DNA of 64,000 nt, taken from the NCBI GenBank assembly GCA_012862495.1, contig BLSG01000370.1:34893-98892 (forward strand), read 5' to 3'. This document shows positions 13,643 to 26,665 of this stretch, in pieces. The translations under genes and the position numbers were made by a program. The first letter of the stretch is position 1. Every line of letters starts with the position of its first letter. The notes under the pieces are model-generated. The model worked only from the letters and a program-made list of their open reading frames with translations. It did no database searches and was not told the origin of the DNA. This DNA is from Thraustochytrium aureum. Lineage: Eukaryota.

Positions 13643-14410
13643 GGTCGATCAGGAGGCAGGCTCACCTCTCCTCATTTGGCCGTCCGAGAGCATTTGCTCG
13701 TTCAACGGTAACAGGCATCTCACTCCAAAGCTTGCGCTGGAAGACCCGTTTTTCCGCTCGCTGGGAGGGTCGAACGCGCAGGCCACCAGCGCAGGGCGCG
13801 GCTGAGCCGTGCGGCAGCGGAGCGTCGAGGGGCCTAGGAGTGACGAGTGCGCAACGCTGGGCATGTCGGTGGGTCTGTCCTGCACTCTGACTCGGTTGCT
13901 TGCCTTGCCTTTTCACATTGGCCTACAGGACGCGTGGACGGACGCAGTCGAGGACTGGCCGGCCGGTGAAGCCGCTGGTGGGTCCGTTGGACCTGTGTTA
14001 ACTGCGTGTGGCGCTAGCTTGTCTTCTGCTCTTCCGCATCGGCCTGCTCCGTCCGACCAATTTGCGTTGCCGCTGTCGGAGGACAGGATGCAAGCTGTCA
14101 TCGACTCATCGAGCTCATCAGCGAAACCCGCAGCTGGTCCAAAGCGGGAGATTTGCCCGTTGGCAGTACAGCGGAGACCGGCCGACCTCAAAATTACTTT
14201 CTTGTCTTGGTAGATGGGATAGGAGGGGTGGGTGGGCTGTTCGCAACTTCGAGTTCGCGACCGCGAATCCGCGTAGCTCTGCTCTGCTCTTTCGCTGCTG
14301 GGCGGCTGAAGATCGCTCAGTTCGCGGCGTCTCGCCTCCAGGACCAGCTCGATGCCAACCCCACTGCAGACGACTAACTCGCAAGTCTTAGCTCGCAACT
14401 ACTAGAGTAG

Positions 14411-17400
14411 CTAGCTAGAGGTAGCGCAGCGGAGCGCAGCGCGCATCGCATTGAGGTGGTAGTGCAAAAGCACAAAGCTGGAGTGCTTGGCCCGCCGCAG
14501 CTCGTCGAACTGGAAGTGGTTGTGTTTGCACATGTCCAAAAACGCGAGTCGCGTGTCAAATATGCCCTGTGGAAGCTGCGGGTCCGGGTCCTGCGTGTCC
14601 GACACGAGAGTCGTGCCGCCAAGCGCCGTGACGCGACGCGCCCTTCGAGACGCCGAGGTCTGAGGCCGGTTCAAAGTTAGAACAAGAAAGTTGTCCGACA
14701 TGGGCTTGATGGTTGCGGCGAGGCGGCGCATGAGCCAGTCGTTGCGCTGCTGAGGCGTTGCAAAACCCGCCGTGAGATCGCATCGTCGAGGTCCGCGGTG
14801 GGCTGGAGCTTCCACGTTGGGGCGTTGACCNNNNNNNNNNNNNNNNNNNNNNNNNNNNNNNNNNNNNNNNNNNNNNNNNNNNNNNNNNNNNNNNNNNNNN
14901 NNNNNNNNNNNNNNNNNNNNNNNNNNNNNNNNNNNNNNNNNNNNNNNNNNNNNNNNNNNNNNNNNNNNNNNNNNNNNNNNNNNNNNNNNNNNNNNNNNNN
15001 NNNNNNNNNNNNNNNNNNNNNNNNNNNNNNNNNNNNNNNNNNNNNNNNNNNNNNNNNNNNNNNNNNNNNNNNNNNNNNNNNNNNNNNNNNNNNNNNNNNN
15101 NNNNNNNNNNNNNNNNNNNNNNNNNNNNNNNNNNNNNNNNNNNNNNNNNNNNNNNNNNNNNNNNNNNNNNNNNNNNNNNNNNNNNNNNNNNNNNNNNNNN
15201 NNNNNNNNNNNNNNNNNNGCTTTCTTGGGCGCCGCGGCGGAGCTCGTTCTCGCCGACCTAGTGTTGACCAGGGGGCGAAAAGTGGGAGAGGTGCGCGTCA
15301 TAGAGGTTTGTTTCCTCCAACACGACACCGTCCCGTTTGCAAGCCTCGACGATGCTCCCGTACCACTTTCGCAAGCGCTCGGCGCCGGGGTTGCGCTGCC
15401 ATTTCGGGTGGCAGTACATGATATAGGCGTCGCCGCGCTGGGGCGGGCACGCCCAGATATAGGCGTGCTCGAAACCCCGCGGTGGACCCACGTCAGGTAC
15501 CCGACCATGACCTCGTGGTAGACGCGAGTACGCAGCGGCGCAGGGCCTAGATACGCAACCGAGTCCAGGTACGAGATGTAGACCTTGTTGTGGTTGGGCT
15601 GGGGGCAGTCCTCGCCGTACTCTTGCACGTACAGCACAAACAGCATCACATCGACGCCATCGATGCGCTGAAACAACAAGAGCGTCTTCGTGCGGCAGGG
15701 AAACTCGCTATGGAGCACGTCGCCAGAGTAGACAGGTTGGCACGCCCGCCGCTGCGCCTCGACCCAACGCATGATTCGCGGCTCATACTTTGTGACGCAG
15801 TCCCTGCTTGAGACGACACGCAGCGTGAGCGCTGAGGCGGTGTCTGGGCTGCCCATCTCGACGGCAGCAGCGCGCACCCGACTCTCAACGTACTTGCCAA
15901 GGGCAGTGTGCGGGAGCGCACTCGCCCACAGCTCGTTAGTGGGGTCGACCACACCGGCCGCCTCGCCCGACTCGGGCGGCGCCGCGCAGCCAGCAGCGAG
16001 TCCAGACTTCACGTCCGCCGCTTGGCCCGGGTTCCCCACGCCCCCCGCCGACGCCGACCCCAACGCCGACGCCCCCCCTGTCTCAGGGCCTTGCGTTGGA
16101 GACGCCGTGGCGGGCGGCGCAGACCTGCGGCCTCGTGCCGAGCCAAGCTGTGCGCTGGCCATGACGTTGCCGTACTTGAGGCTCACGGGCACTCCGCCTT
16201 CCTCGGCCACGCAGAGCGCGCACACGAACCGGTCCTCGCTCTTGACTATCGCCGGGTGGTACAATGTGCATATTTGGTGCAGCTTTCGATCGCAGCGCGT
16301 GCACGGCACCCATGGCTCGAGGTACACGTCGTTATGCACACAGCGTTCGAGGTCGGCTTTGCGCACGAGCTGGCCCAAGATGCCGAGAAAGCGCTCGGGC
16401 AGCGCTGAATAGCACTTACTGCACCAGTGCTGGCCGCGGTCGCCGCCAAGCCTATAATAGGTGGCATTGCGGTGGATCCGCGCCTTGCACGGAACGCTGC
16501 AGCGAAGCACGGGCTCCTGGAACTCGAGGCACTTGCGGCCACAAAGCGGGCACGCGCTCCCACCGCACGACTCGCAAGAATGCGCTTCGAGGGCGCGGAG
16601 CTCGTCTGCGAACTCGAGCTCAAACTTGGCAAAGTCTGCATTGAACGCCTTGAGGAGGAGCTTGGCGGCGGCGTGCACAAAGGTTTTGGGCGGGTTGAAG
16701 GCCATCGCGTTGCTAAACACGAGCCTGACCTGCTCGGCGAACTCGTAAGGCGTACCGTATTGGTTTGCCTCAAGGTTGGCCTTGATGGTCCCGAGGTCCA
16801 TCGGGTGCTTGATCACTGACAAGTAGGTCGGGATCCCGAGGGCGACGGGATCGACGGGAAAGTTGAACAGTCCTTTGTTCTTCCGGTGCTCGTGCAGCTT
16901 ACGTAGCATAAGCGTGACTTGCGTCCTAAACAACTCCCTTCCCGAGCCGACCTCCTCGATGTGTCGGGCAAGTTCGGCGCGGCCAATTAGGCAAGCTCCG
17001 ACCCTCAAAAGGTGTGCAGCCTTGCGCCGTTTCGTCGCTCCCGTCTCCGGACGAGCCGGCCCTAACCGCTTCCCGTTCGGCAAGCTGACTTGCTCTCCCC
17101 CGTCGAGGGGCTCGTCGTCCCCCGGCGGGCCCTGTCCCGTGGCGAGGCGGGCCCCTCGGCACTCCAGCCCAGTCGCGCCACGAGCGCAGCACCTCGTCTC
17201 GTTGCGCCTCGAGGCGAGCCTCCAGTTCGCACTCGCCAGCGAACCCAGCAGCCGCAAGCTCGGCCTCGCGAGACACCACCACCATGGTGCCAGCTTTTGC
17301 TTCGAGGTCAAGATCCAGCGCCTCGCCGGCCGCCCGATCTCCTGCCATATTCGCATGGGCGCCGGCTTGCGCAGCAGGGCCTACTGCCCCATCCGCGCCA

Positions 17401-17489
17401 GCGGCCGCCGCCTCCAAGGCGGCACCATCACGACCGCCACCGCCATCACCACGACGAGCGCCGAGCGCCTCGTCTTCACCGCAGCCGTC
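14411..17489 (-). CDS. CBP/p300-type (KAT11) histone acetyltransferase with bromodomain and PHD/RING; gapped and frameshifted
   Basis: Bromodomain FNFPVDP..YLSVIKHPMDLGTI..NAMAFN; Cys-rich WVPCTRCDRKLHQIC; HAT motifs LFQRIDGVDV..YVQEYG, YISYLDSV, YIWACPP.RGDAYIMYCHP (frame change near 15480); terminal QFDELRRAKHSS. Confidence 0.92.
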
Positions 17490-17963
17490 NNNNNNNNNNN
17501 NNNNNNNNNNNNNNNNNNNNNNNNNNNNNNNNNNNNNNNNNNNNNNNNNNNNNNNNNNNNNNNNNNNNNNNNNNNNNNNNNNNNNNNNNNNNNNNNNNNN
17601 NNNNNNNNNNNNNNNNNNNNNNNNNNNNNNNNNNNNNNNNNNNNNNNNNNNNNNNNNNNNNNNNNNNNNNNNNNNNNNNNNNNNNNNNNNNNNNNNNNNN
17701 NNNNNNNNNNNNNNNNNNNNNNNNNNNNNNNNNNNNNNNNNNNNNNNNNNNNNNNNNNNNNNNNNNNNNNNNNNNNNNNNNNNNNNNNNNNNNNNNNNNN
17801 NNNNNNNNNNNNNNNNNNNNNNNNNNNNNNNNNNNNNNNNNNNNNNNNNNNNNNNNNNNNNNNNNNNNNNNNNNNNNNNNNNNNNNNNNNNNNNNNNNNN
17901 NNNNNNNNNNNNNNNNNNNNNNNNNNNNNNNNNNNNNNNNNNNNNNNNNNNNNNNNNNNNNNN

Positions 17964-19635
17964 GGGGCTCGTCGGTGCTCTCCGGGTACCTGATCGCGAT
18001 CCCACCGCACAAAAACTTGCTGGTCGGGCTCGCGGAGGGCCTTCAGGGCACGGTGCAGGTCATGGTCGCCATCCCGAGCGGCAACTTGGCCGACCGGCAC
18101 GGGCGCCAGTACATGCTCCGCATCTCGGCTGGGTGCGGCATGCTGGCGATCGCGTCGTTTGCCGTCGCGTTGTCTGTCGGGGCGGTGTGGGACGCGAGCG
18201 GAGCGCACAGCAGCGGCCTCCTGGAGTATCTCCTTCTGTGCCTTTCTTTGGGGCTGTACGGCGTGTTTGACGGAACGAGCTCGGGCCCTTTGGACGCCCT
18301 GTTCCACGACAGCGTGCGGACTAGCGAGCGCCCCGTCGTGACGACCGTCAAGTTCGTCACTTTGGTAGGGTTTCGCGCGGCAGGCCCTTGCATCTCTGCG
18401 GTCCTGTTTCTTCTGATTGGCGACCACTGGACGCGCCCAGAGCTGCGAACGGTCTTCGCTGTAGGCGTGGCGCTTTCGCTGCTTCCGATTTTTACGCTCT
18501 TGTGGTTTCGGGATGCAGACGCTCTCGGCCACGAAAGCGAGGCCGTGACGGCGAGCCCCGAGCACGCATTCGACTCCACCGACGTGGCATTCTCGGAGCT
18601 CGCGGCAGAGCCGCTGGCTGCGGACAGCCCCCCCGCGGGGCGGCTGGTGCTGGATGGCGACGAGCGTGACGAGCAGGCTCAGGCTTTGCTGGCGCTGGAG
18701 GAGCCTTTGCTTAGTCCCCCTGCGGACCGCGAGCCTGAGGGGGCGGAGCAAGACTGCGACGAGGAGCTCGAGTCACGAAGGAGCGGCGCAAAGTATTGGA
18801 TTCCGCGCCTCGTTCTCGCGTCGGACGTTAGCTTTGGCATCGCCAGCGGGGTAGGTGGATTACAGGAGAGGGGGCTCGCTTGTGACGGTGCTTGCGCTTT
18901 GGCTGACTGAAGGTGCGCTGACTGGGCTTTGCGCCTGCGGCAGGTCACGATCAAGTTTTTCCCTCTGTTCTTCAAGGACAAGGCTGCCATGTCGCCCGCG
19001 GAGGTCAACTGGATCTTCGTCGCGTCCCCGTAAGTCCACCATCTGCTGTCGCTTGTGGGAATGCGTGCCCTTTCCGTTGCTTGCTGGCTCTAGCGCTGAG
19101 CGCCGCCAAGCCGACCGCGTTCGGCCCTGACCATTGCGCGCGCTAACCACGAGCCATTTGACTTTTGGGGTTGAGCAGCATTTTCGTAGCAACGTTTTCA
19201 ATCCTGGCGACCAGGGCAACGCGGATCGTAGGACGCGTTGTCGTTCCAGTGTTTTGCAGCAGCTCGGGCATCGTGCTCTTGCTCGTGATGTGGTACCTGG
19301 GCCAGATCGAGGACGAGCGGTATTGGCGCACCCCGAGCGTGATCGTGCCGATCTTCATTGTGCGCACTGCCCTGATGAACTGCTGCGTCCCGATCCGCAA
19401 GTCTGTTTTGATAGACTTTGTGGACAAGAAAGAGCGCGGTTGGTGGAACGGAATGGACTCGATCACGCGGTTTTCCTGGTCTGGATCGGCCGTCCTCGGA
19501 GGCATCCTCTGCGACAAGTACGGCTACGGCGCTTCGTTTTTGCTCACGGCGTTCCTGCAGTCGTGCGCAATCGGGCTCTTTGGTGTGCTCTTCGTCTACC
19601 GCCGCCGCATCGACGCGATCCACCGGGCGCCATGA
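17964..19635 (+). CDS. Major facilitator superfamily transporter; 5' end in gap; two introns
   Basis: MFS motif GNLADRHGRQ and many hydrophobic helices. Splicing 18851-18943 and 19030-19178 gives continuous IASG|VTIKFFPLFF...VASP|IFVATF. Confidence 0.85.
18851..18943 (+). other. Spliceosomal intron (93 nt)
   Basis: GTAGGT donor, GCTGAC branch-like motifs, CAG acceptor; removal restores frame. Confidence 0.8.
19030..19178 (+). other. Spliceosomal intron (149 nt)
   Basis: GTAAGT donor, GCTAAC at 19142, CAG acceptor; phase-2 join CC|C is in frame. Confidence 0.82.
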
Positions 19636-20111
19636 ATAACCAGGCCAATCAATTCAAGTCAATCAATCAACAATCAATCGTTGACTCCAAAGACATCATC
19701 GATCAATCTCAGCTGTAGGTGCTCGAGTACCGGTAGAAGAGCACAAAAACAAACCACCGCAGAGCCTGAGGTTGAAATAACGCGCGATCACGTGGAATGC
19801 ATCCATCCATCCGCCTGATCGACCGGCCGGCCTGCCAACGGCCGCACCGCAAGCTCGAGCCTCGAGACCAACGAGCACGTCACATCCGCGAGCTTGTGGC
19901 CGAGCTTGTGAGTTCACGTCTGCAAGCTCGTCGCCGAGCTGTTGAGCTCGCGCCGCGGGTTTTGCCCTCGATGCACGCCTGGGGAGGTCCTGGGAGCCCA
20001 CGAACACGGAGCGTTGGGCACTCCAGCGAGCGCGAGTCGCGGCACGGGTCGCCGCAGTTGCGCGGGAGGCAGGCGGGTCCGGGAGGCGCAGCGCGCCAAC
20101 AGGCGGCGAGA

Positions 20112-21833
20112 ATGGTCGGCTTTGCATCGGTGCGCACCCTCGTGGGTTCGCTGGTGGAGGTCTTTGGCGCCGACCTTTTCAACGTCTCGGGCTCGCCATC
20201 CAAAAGGTGGCTGTGATGAAGATCATCGAGAGCAACCGGCTGCGCTCCGCGCTCGAGGAGAGCGGCGACGAGTTTGATGGCGTGGACGTGACGCCATTGC
20301 TGGAGGAGACGAGGAGCGAGGTGATGACGGTTGCCAGCGAGCGGAGCTTGCTGGACGGAAACGTGCTCAACGACACGCAGGTCCCCGATCTGTGCGACCT
20401 GCTGAAGAGCTGGGGCTGGCTGCTGGGCCTGCTGGTATTCATAGTTGGAAACTTGTTGGAGCTCGTGGCCCTGTCGTTCGCGAGCCAGACGGACATCGCG
20501 CTGCTGACAAACTTTGCCCTGATCTGGAACGCGCTTGTGTCGGTGCTAATTTTCAAGGAGGAGTTTAACCTTCGCCCGGTGCGGTTGGAGCTTTCCTACC
20601 AGCTGTTCAAGCGATGGGACCTCTTTCACTGCGTAGTGCTCTTAATTGGAAGCATGGTCGCGGTCGCCTGCACGCCCGAGGTGCCAGAGGACAATCTCGA
20701 CTCGAAGGAGCTCCTCCACCGCTGGGCCGCGCCGCCCTACGCGTATTGGGGGCTATTTATGCTTGCCGCCATGTTTGGCACAAGTCTGTTCTTGGTTCGC
20801 AACTGGCGCAACCTCAAGACAGGCAACCTGAACGCGGCGCTCATCGCCGGCCTCTGCGGGTTTATGAGCGCGTTTGCGGTCACCCTGAGCAAGGTGGCAA
20901 CGACGCTGATTTCCAACACGATCAAGGGCGACAACCAGTTCAACAACCCGGAGGCCGTCTTCTTGGTGACGCTTTGGGGCGTGATTCTCGTCTCGCAGCT
21001 GTTGCTGCTCAATGTTGCGCTGGGCGCGTTTGAGCAGGGCGTTGTAGTTCCGTGCGTTCCACTCTTCGCGGCTTGCTTGCTTGTTTGCTTGATGGCGTGC
21101 GCCGCTCTCCTCGTTGCGGCTTGGCTTGTCGCTTCGCGTGCTGTAGCTCGGTGTTCTCTGACCGTTCCCGTCGTCTTGTACTCGTTCTCCTTGCTTGCTC
21201 GGGCACAGAATTTACGAGATTGTGGGGACTCTGGCAGCGATTGTGTCGGGCATCCTCTTTTATCGAACGTTTGAAGACTTCACCAATCTCGAGTGGGTAG
21301 GCTTTGGGGTGGGCGTGTTGCTCATGTCCTGGGGCGTCTGGCTCGTGGCGCACCGCGAGGTGCACTCCCAGCAGGAGCTCAGTAATAATCTGTACTCCAA
21401 CTTGAGCGCGGTGGACGAGCTCCTGCGCGTCACGAGCTTTTCGCGCCAGACCAGCGACGAGGGCGCCCCGACGTTCTTCGCGTCCCGGAGCGCCGCCTTG
21501 GACGAGTTTGACATGTCGCAGCAGCAGCACCTCCACCACACTCCACTGGATGCTTCTTTGCGGCGGCTCTACGCCGCGTCGGAGGAGAAGGCCGGGCTTG
21601 GCTTCCGGGAAGACGGCGCGCTAGCCTGGGAGGCGGAGACGAGGGCCATTTCGAGTGGGGCGAGGACTGCCGGGATCGGCTCGGACCAGCCAAGGGGCTC
21701 TGCTGCGACAACGCCCTTGGACGCAGCTACTGCTAGCGACGACGTGTATGAATACAGGCAATGGAACCTGGCTCCTCCTTCTAGGGGCGCCACGGGGGTG
21801 GGGCGGAGCAAGCCCAAGAACGGGGCTTCTTAG
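20112..21833 (+). CDS. NIPA-family (DMT) Mg2+ transporter-like protein; frameshift near 20170-20190; intron 21052-21208
   Basis: GLAIQK (alternate frame), WLLGLLVFIVGNLLELVALSFA, LLNVALGAFEQGVVVP|IYEI after removing a GTGCGT...CAG intron. Confidence 0.8.
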
Positions 21834-22151
21834 AGATGTTACTTGCCCGTTTCGGCGAGCCCAAGAAGGCACACCCTGAACAGAAACGGATGTACCGCGT
21901 GCGCGCATGGACGCTCACGAGCAAGCGGCGAGCAGGTCTTGGCCGCCTGCATCTCTGCGCATGCAATGGTGAAGCGCCGAATTTCGCCAATCATCGAAAC
22001 GCGCCCCAGCACTGGGCTGGCGCAGGCGCGCTCTACACTCGCGTTAAGGCCAAGAAAACCCAGGGCTCTCCTGCGAGAGAACCGCCATGCAACAACATGA
22101 AGCGAGTACATTCAATAATGCATTTGGTAGTGCTTGGGTACAGTTCCTACT

Positions 22152-23800
22152 CTAGGGTTTTACGGTCTTCGCGGCGTCGCTGTGGTACAGGCTGTACAGA
22201 AGAGGCGCAGACTGGCGCGCCTTTTCGTGAACCTGTTCCATAGTCATGTCTCCGTAAGGTTTCGCTGCAGCCTTAAGAAGGATCGGCCGGCGAGTGCTAT
22301 GATCGAGTTCTGCGGCGCAGATCTTGAACGCCTGCTCCTCAGCCTTTGGGAAACCGAACTTGTCGTGGAAGGTATTGCGGAGGTTGCCAACGCCCCAGAA
22401 AACGCCCCCGTCGGTCGCTCGCGCGCTCAGAAAGTACTTGAAGCTGTAGCGCATGACGTCGACTATGCTCCACTTTGGAGACTGCAAGTTTTCAGTGGGA
22501 ATGCAAATACCAAGCTCTGAGAGGCGGGCTCCGAGCTTGACGCGGTCGCTGCAGACCTCTTCAAAAGTGATGACGTGGAGCTTGGCATTGTCCCGCATCG
22601 CGTACAGCTTGTTGAGGGCGTCGAGCTTTGACTCGGGTCGGCCACATGTGAGGCCGTACGAGTTCTGGCCGTCTCCGCCAGCCTGGCACCTCGCGAGCTC
22701 AGCATCGCTAGGGTAGTTTCCGTTGAGCGCTTTGCTTATGTGCGTGGCCATGTGAAGGAGAGAGTCCACCGGGTCCCGCACGAAGAGGATGCTCACGTCC
22801 GGGTTGAAGCCCGCCTGAACGTGGTCCATGAAAGCGCGCGGATCCTGGGCCCTCGAACCGCGAATGCTAATCTTGATGACGATCGTGTCCACTTTGGGAA
22901 AGCTGAGCAAGGCCCTCTCATAAAAGGCGGTGCTTGTTGGGACGGTCTGACGCACGCCGAGGTCGAGGATCGAGGTGGTCCCATCCCGCTGAGCAAGCAA
23001 GTAGGAGAGCAGAGTGCAGCCCGAGGCCTGCACGCAGGCGATGAAGACGCGCATGGGCCTCTTGGTGAGCTGGTCGCCCATCAGTTTGGCGCGCGCTGGG
23101 CAAGTGGAGTTAAAGTCCTCCTCGACGAAAGTGGCGTCAGCCAGCTCCTGAGCCTTCTCCTCAGCCTGCTCTTCGAGAAGAGTTTTCCTCAGCCGTCTTC
23201 TCTTGCCCTCCGTACTCGTCTACATTTTGCTCTGCGGCGTCCACCTGCGGTTCTGCCGTCTTGTTTGCGGCTTGCCCAATGAAGAGGTCTTTGGGGAGCA
23301 GCTTGCCACTCCAGCACGCAGGGTCCTTGACAGCTTTGTCCTCGTTTAGGGTGTGGTGAAGCAAGCAGACGCTTGAGCCGAGCTCGTCCTCGTTGCAAGG
23401 GCCGTCGTACTCGTCGTCGCTGTCGTACGCTTCATTGCAGATGCGCGAGCGAACGAGGGTCCAGCCCACACACTGCATTTTGGCGTCAGTGTCGCGCAGC
23501 TGCAAGTTGAGGCCGGTGCATGACGAGAAGCAGGTAAGCGGGTCCCCTGGCCGGTTGTTCACGTGGCGGATTGTGTTCTCAAAGTAGCAAATGCCCTGGC
23601 GTTGTTGGAAGGAGTGAGCGCCACGTCGTTGCAGTTGCCACGCTGCCCCCTCCACGTCGTACTCGGCGTACGGGTCCAGCGTGGGCGGGGACGTTCGCTG
23701 CGGGGCACTCGGCATCGTCACGGACGGCGCGCCGGCAACAGGACGAAGCGATGTTGGCGAGGCGGTGGGTTGCGCTGCTGCAGAGCCCAGGATCAGGGCG
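22152..23800 (-). CDS. Sulfotransferase-fold protein with Cys-rich N-terminal region; frameshift near 23185; start uncertain (adjacent gap)
   Basis: IACVQASGCTLLSYLL resembles the 5'-PSB loop, LFVRDPVD the 3'-PB, plus ITFEEV. A one-base shift in an A run links ORF 23161-23721 to 22152-23081 via TLLEEQAEEKAQELADATF. Confidence 0.55.
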
Positions 23801-24725
23801 NNNNNNNNNNNNNNNNNNNNNNNNNNNNNNNNNNNNNNNNNNNNNNNNNNNNNNNNNNNNNNNNNNNNNNNNNNNNNNNNNNNNNNNNNNNNNNNNNNNN
23901 NNNNNNNNNNNNNNNNNNNNNNNNNNNNNNNNNNNNNNNNNNNNNNNNNNNNNNNNNNNNNNNNNNNNNNNNNNNNNNNNNNNNNNNNNNNNNNNNNNNN
24001 NNNNNNNNNNNNNNNNNNNNNNNNNNNNNNNNNNNNNNNNNNNNNNNNNNNNNNNNNNNNNNNNNNNNNNNNNNNNNNNNNNNNNNNNNNNNNNNNNNNN
24101 NNNNNNNNNNNNNNNNNNNNNNNNNNNNNNNNNNNNNNNNNNNNNNNNNNNNNNNNNNNNNNNNNNNNNNNNNNNNNNNNNNNNNNNNNNNNNNNNNNNN
24201 NNNNNNNNNNNNNNNNNNNNNNNNNNNNNNNNNNNNNNNNNNNNNNNNNNNNNNNNNNNNNNNNNNNNNNNNNNNNNNNNNNNNNNNNNNNNNNNNNNNN
24301 NNNNNNNNNNNNNNNNNNNNNNNNNNNNNNNNNNNNNNNNNNNNNNNNNNNNNNNNNNNNNNNNNNNNNNNNNNNNNNNNNNNNNNNNNNNNNNNNNNNN
24401 NNNNNNNNNNNNNNNNNNNNNNNNNNNNNNNNNNNNNNNNNNNNNNNNNNNNNNNNNNNNNNNNNNNNNNNNNNNNNNNNNNNNNNNNNNNNNNNNNNNN
24501 NNNNNNNNNNNNNNNNNNNNNNNNNNNNNNNNNNNNNNNNNNNNNNNNNNNNNNNNNNNNNNNNNNNNNNNNNNNNNNNNNNNNNNNNNNNNNNNNNNNN
24601 NNNNNNNNNNNNNNNNNNNNNNNNNNNNNNNNNNNNNNNNNNNNNNNNNNNNNNNNNNNNNNNNNNNNNNNNNNNNNNNNNNNNNNNNNNNNNNNNNNNN
24701 NNNNNNNNNNNNNNNNNNNNNNNNN

Positions 24726-25473
24726 CGAGGCTCGCCCGAAAGCCGGACGACTCTCCTCTCCGTCTGGCTTTTCAAGGCCGATCGCGCCCACCCCAAGAGC
24801 AGGCCAACCGGTTGACGTCCACGCGCGTGCGTCGGCGGTGACGGACTGTGGCAAGTGCCTCCGAGGGCGCGATGGAGAGTGGCCTGTCCGGGCACCGATC
24901 GCGGGCGACCCGCCAGCAGGCGCCTATGCTGGTGCCAGCCCGTTCGCCGCCTTCACGCCGGGGAAAATGCTGATGGTGGTCCTGGCTGCAGGTTTGGTCG
25001 CAACGGCGGTGGTCGTGGCCTCAGGAGTCACCTCGGGCGCAGAGCCCGTGATCGCAGAGCCGCAGGCGGTGTTGGAGGCGGACGGCCCCACGCTCTCGCC
25101 CACGTTCTCGCCGACGCTGTTTGACGACAGTGATGGCAGCACGCGCGCGCCGAGCAGCATTTCAGAGTTGGTGCCGACGCCGGGGCCGACGCTTTCGCCG
25201 TCGCCATGGCCCACGACGCCGTGGCCGACAGGGCCATCCCTCTGGCCCTCTGAATCGCCTTCGCGAACGCCCACCAAGGAGCCCACCAAGGAGCCCACCA
25301 AGGAGCCCACCAAGAAGCCCACCAAGAAGCCCACCAAATGGCCCACCAAGGCCCCTACCAACAAGCCCTCGAAGGCGCCCTCGAAGGCCCCCTCGAAGGC
25401 GCCCACTACGAAAGCACCCACAACCAGATCTCCGACGCCAGTGCAAAACTGCTGGCCAAAGCGCAACTGCTGA
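24726..25473 (+). CDS. Membrane-anchored or secreted Pro/Thr-rich (PTxx repeat) mucin-like protein
   Basis: Hydrophobic MLMVVLAAGLVATAVVVASGV followed by PTKEPTKEPTKEPTKKPTKK/PSKAPSKA repeats. Confidence 0.6.
25270..25420 (+). repeat. 12-bp coding tandem repeat (cccaccaaggag and variants)
   Basis: Directly visible tandem units encoding PTKE/PTKK/PSKA. Confidence 0.9.
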
Positions 25474-25648
25474 CGGTCCAGACTATGACTATTTTTTTTG
25501 TAATCGCTGTTCGTGTCGCGTGTGCGCCCCGTTTCCCGCCGCTGCTGCGTTGTTGCTCGACCAACCAAGCGCCTTGCAAATACCACTTGGCACGGGCTCG
25601 GCCCTGAGACTGGTCAACGCCAAGACGCAAAGAAAGGCGCGCAAGGCT

Positions 25649-26526
25649 TCAGACAGCCATCGAGCGCGTAAACGCAGGCCACGCCTGGCGAAACGCTTCT
25701 GCTGCCGCGCGCGAGTCGGCGACCCGTGCGTGCGCACGCAGCGCCATCAGGAGTGTAAACATGGCCTCGTTGAGGTCGCCAAATACAGGGGGTCCTCGAG
25801 GTGCGTGTCTGACTGCAGCGATTCGGTGATTTTGTGCAACTCGCGGCAAAACGAGTCGTACCTATCGCCCGCATCTCGCCGCGCGGCCGCGCCAGGACCA
25901 CGGCGCTGCCGCCCAAGGGGTCTCTGGCTGGACTTTAGCGACTTGCGATCGTCGAACAGGCGGTCGACCAGAGCTAGGGCGTCCTGGAACGGGGCCGCGT
26001 CTGCCGTCTCGCGAGCGATGCGATCGACGGTGCGAGCGGCTCGCTCACCTGCCCTGCGCTGGCGCCACCGCCGGGGCCGGCCCTCCCGGCCCCTTCCTGC
26101 AGCTCGACCGCGCGCGCGGCGGCGCAAGCTGCCGCGCGGCTCCGACCGCGTCTTGAGGGTCAGCTGGCAGTCTAGCAGGCGGGCCCTCATCGCAGCTAGC
26201 TCCTCGAACCGGCGCCTCAGCTCGGCCGACTCGGTCTGCTCGCGCGGCCCGAGCAGCTGCCGCAGCAGGCTCATCCGCATCCCAAGCGAGCTCCTGCACC
26301 TTCTCCGAGGCGGCGGCTGGGCCACCTGCGACGCCTCCTTCGTACTCCTTTCCAGCACGCTCGCGCTGCGCGGCCGTTTCCCCGCTGACGGCACGAGCTG
26401 CTCTTCGTCCCGGAGCCCCCTTCCGCGCCCTTCGCGGTGCCAAGCACGGCGCTGAGCCACCGCATGCCGCCGACTCCGCGAGAATCGCGCGTCCCCGCGA
26501 CTTGCGCTCGACGCCCTTCGCTCCAA
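25649..26526 (-). CDS. Hypothetical helical protein, frameshifted
   Basis: Protein-like segments FQDALALVDRLFDD, DSFCRELHKITESLQ, DLNEAMFTLLMAL across two frames; no family recognised. Confidence 0.3.
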
Positions 26527-26570
26527 CGAAGCGCAGAGACCTGCGCGCGACGGGCAAACCTACTCGACCT

Positions 26571-26665
26571 ATCAATCAATCAATCTATCTATTTGTCTGT
26601 CTGTCTGTCTGGCCGGCTGGCTGGCTGGCTGGCTGGCTGGCTGGATGCAGGTGTGGATGGATGGG
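26571..26665. repeat. Compound tetranucleotide microsatellite (ATCA/TCTA/TCTG/GGCT/GGAT)
   Basis: atcaatcaatcaatctatct...ctgtctgtct...ggctggctggctggctggctgg. Confidence 0.9.

Noticed and set aside
23563..24895. Long ORFs spanning N runs (also 34811-36559, 43476-44889, 59246-60868)
   Set aside because: Their length comes from untranslatable N gaps and is not evidence of coding.
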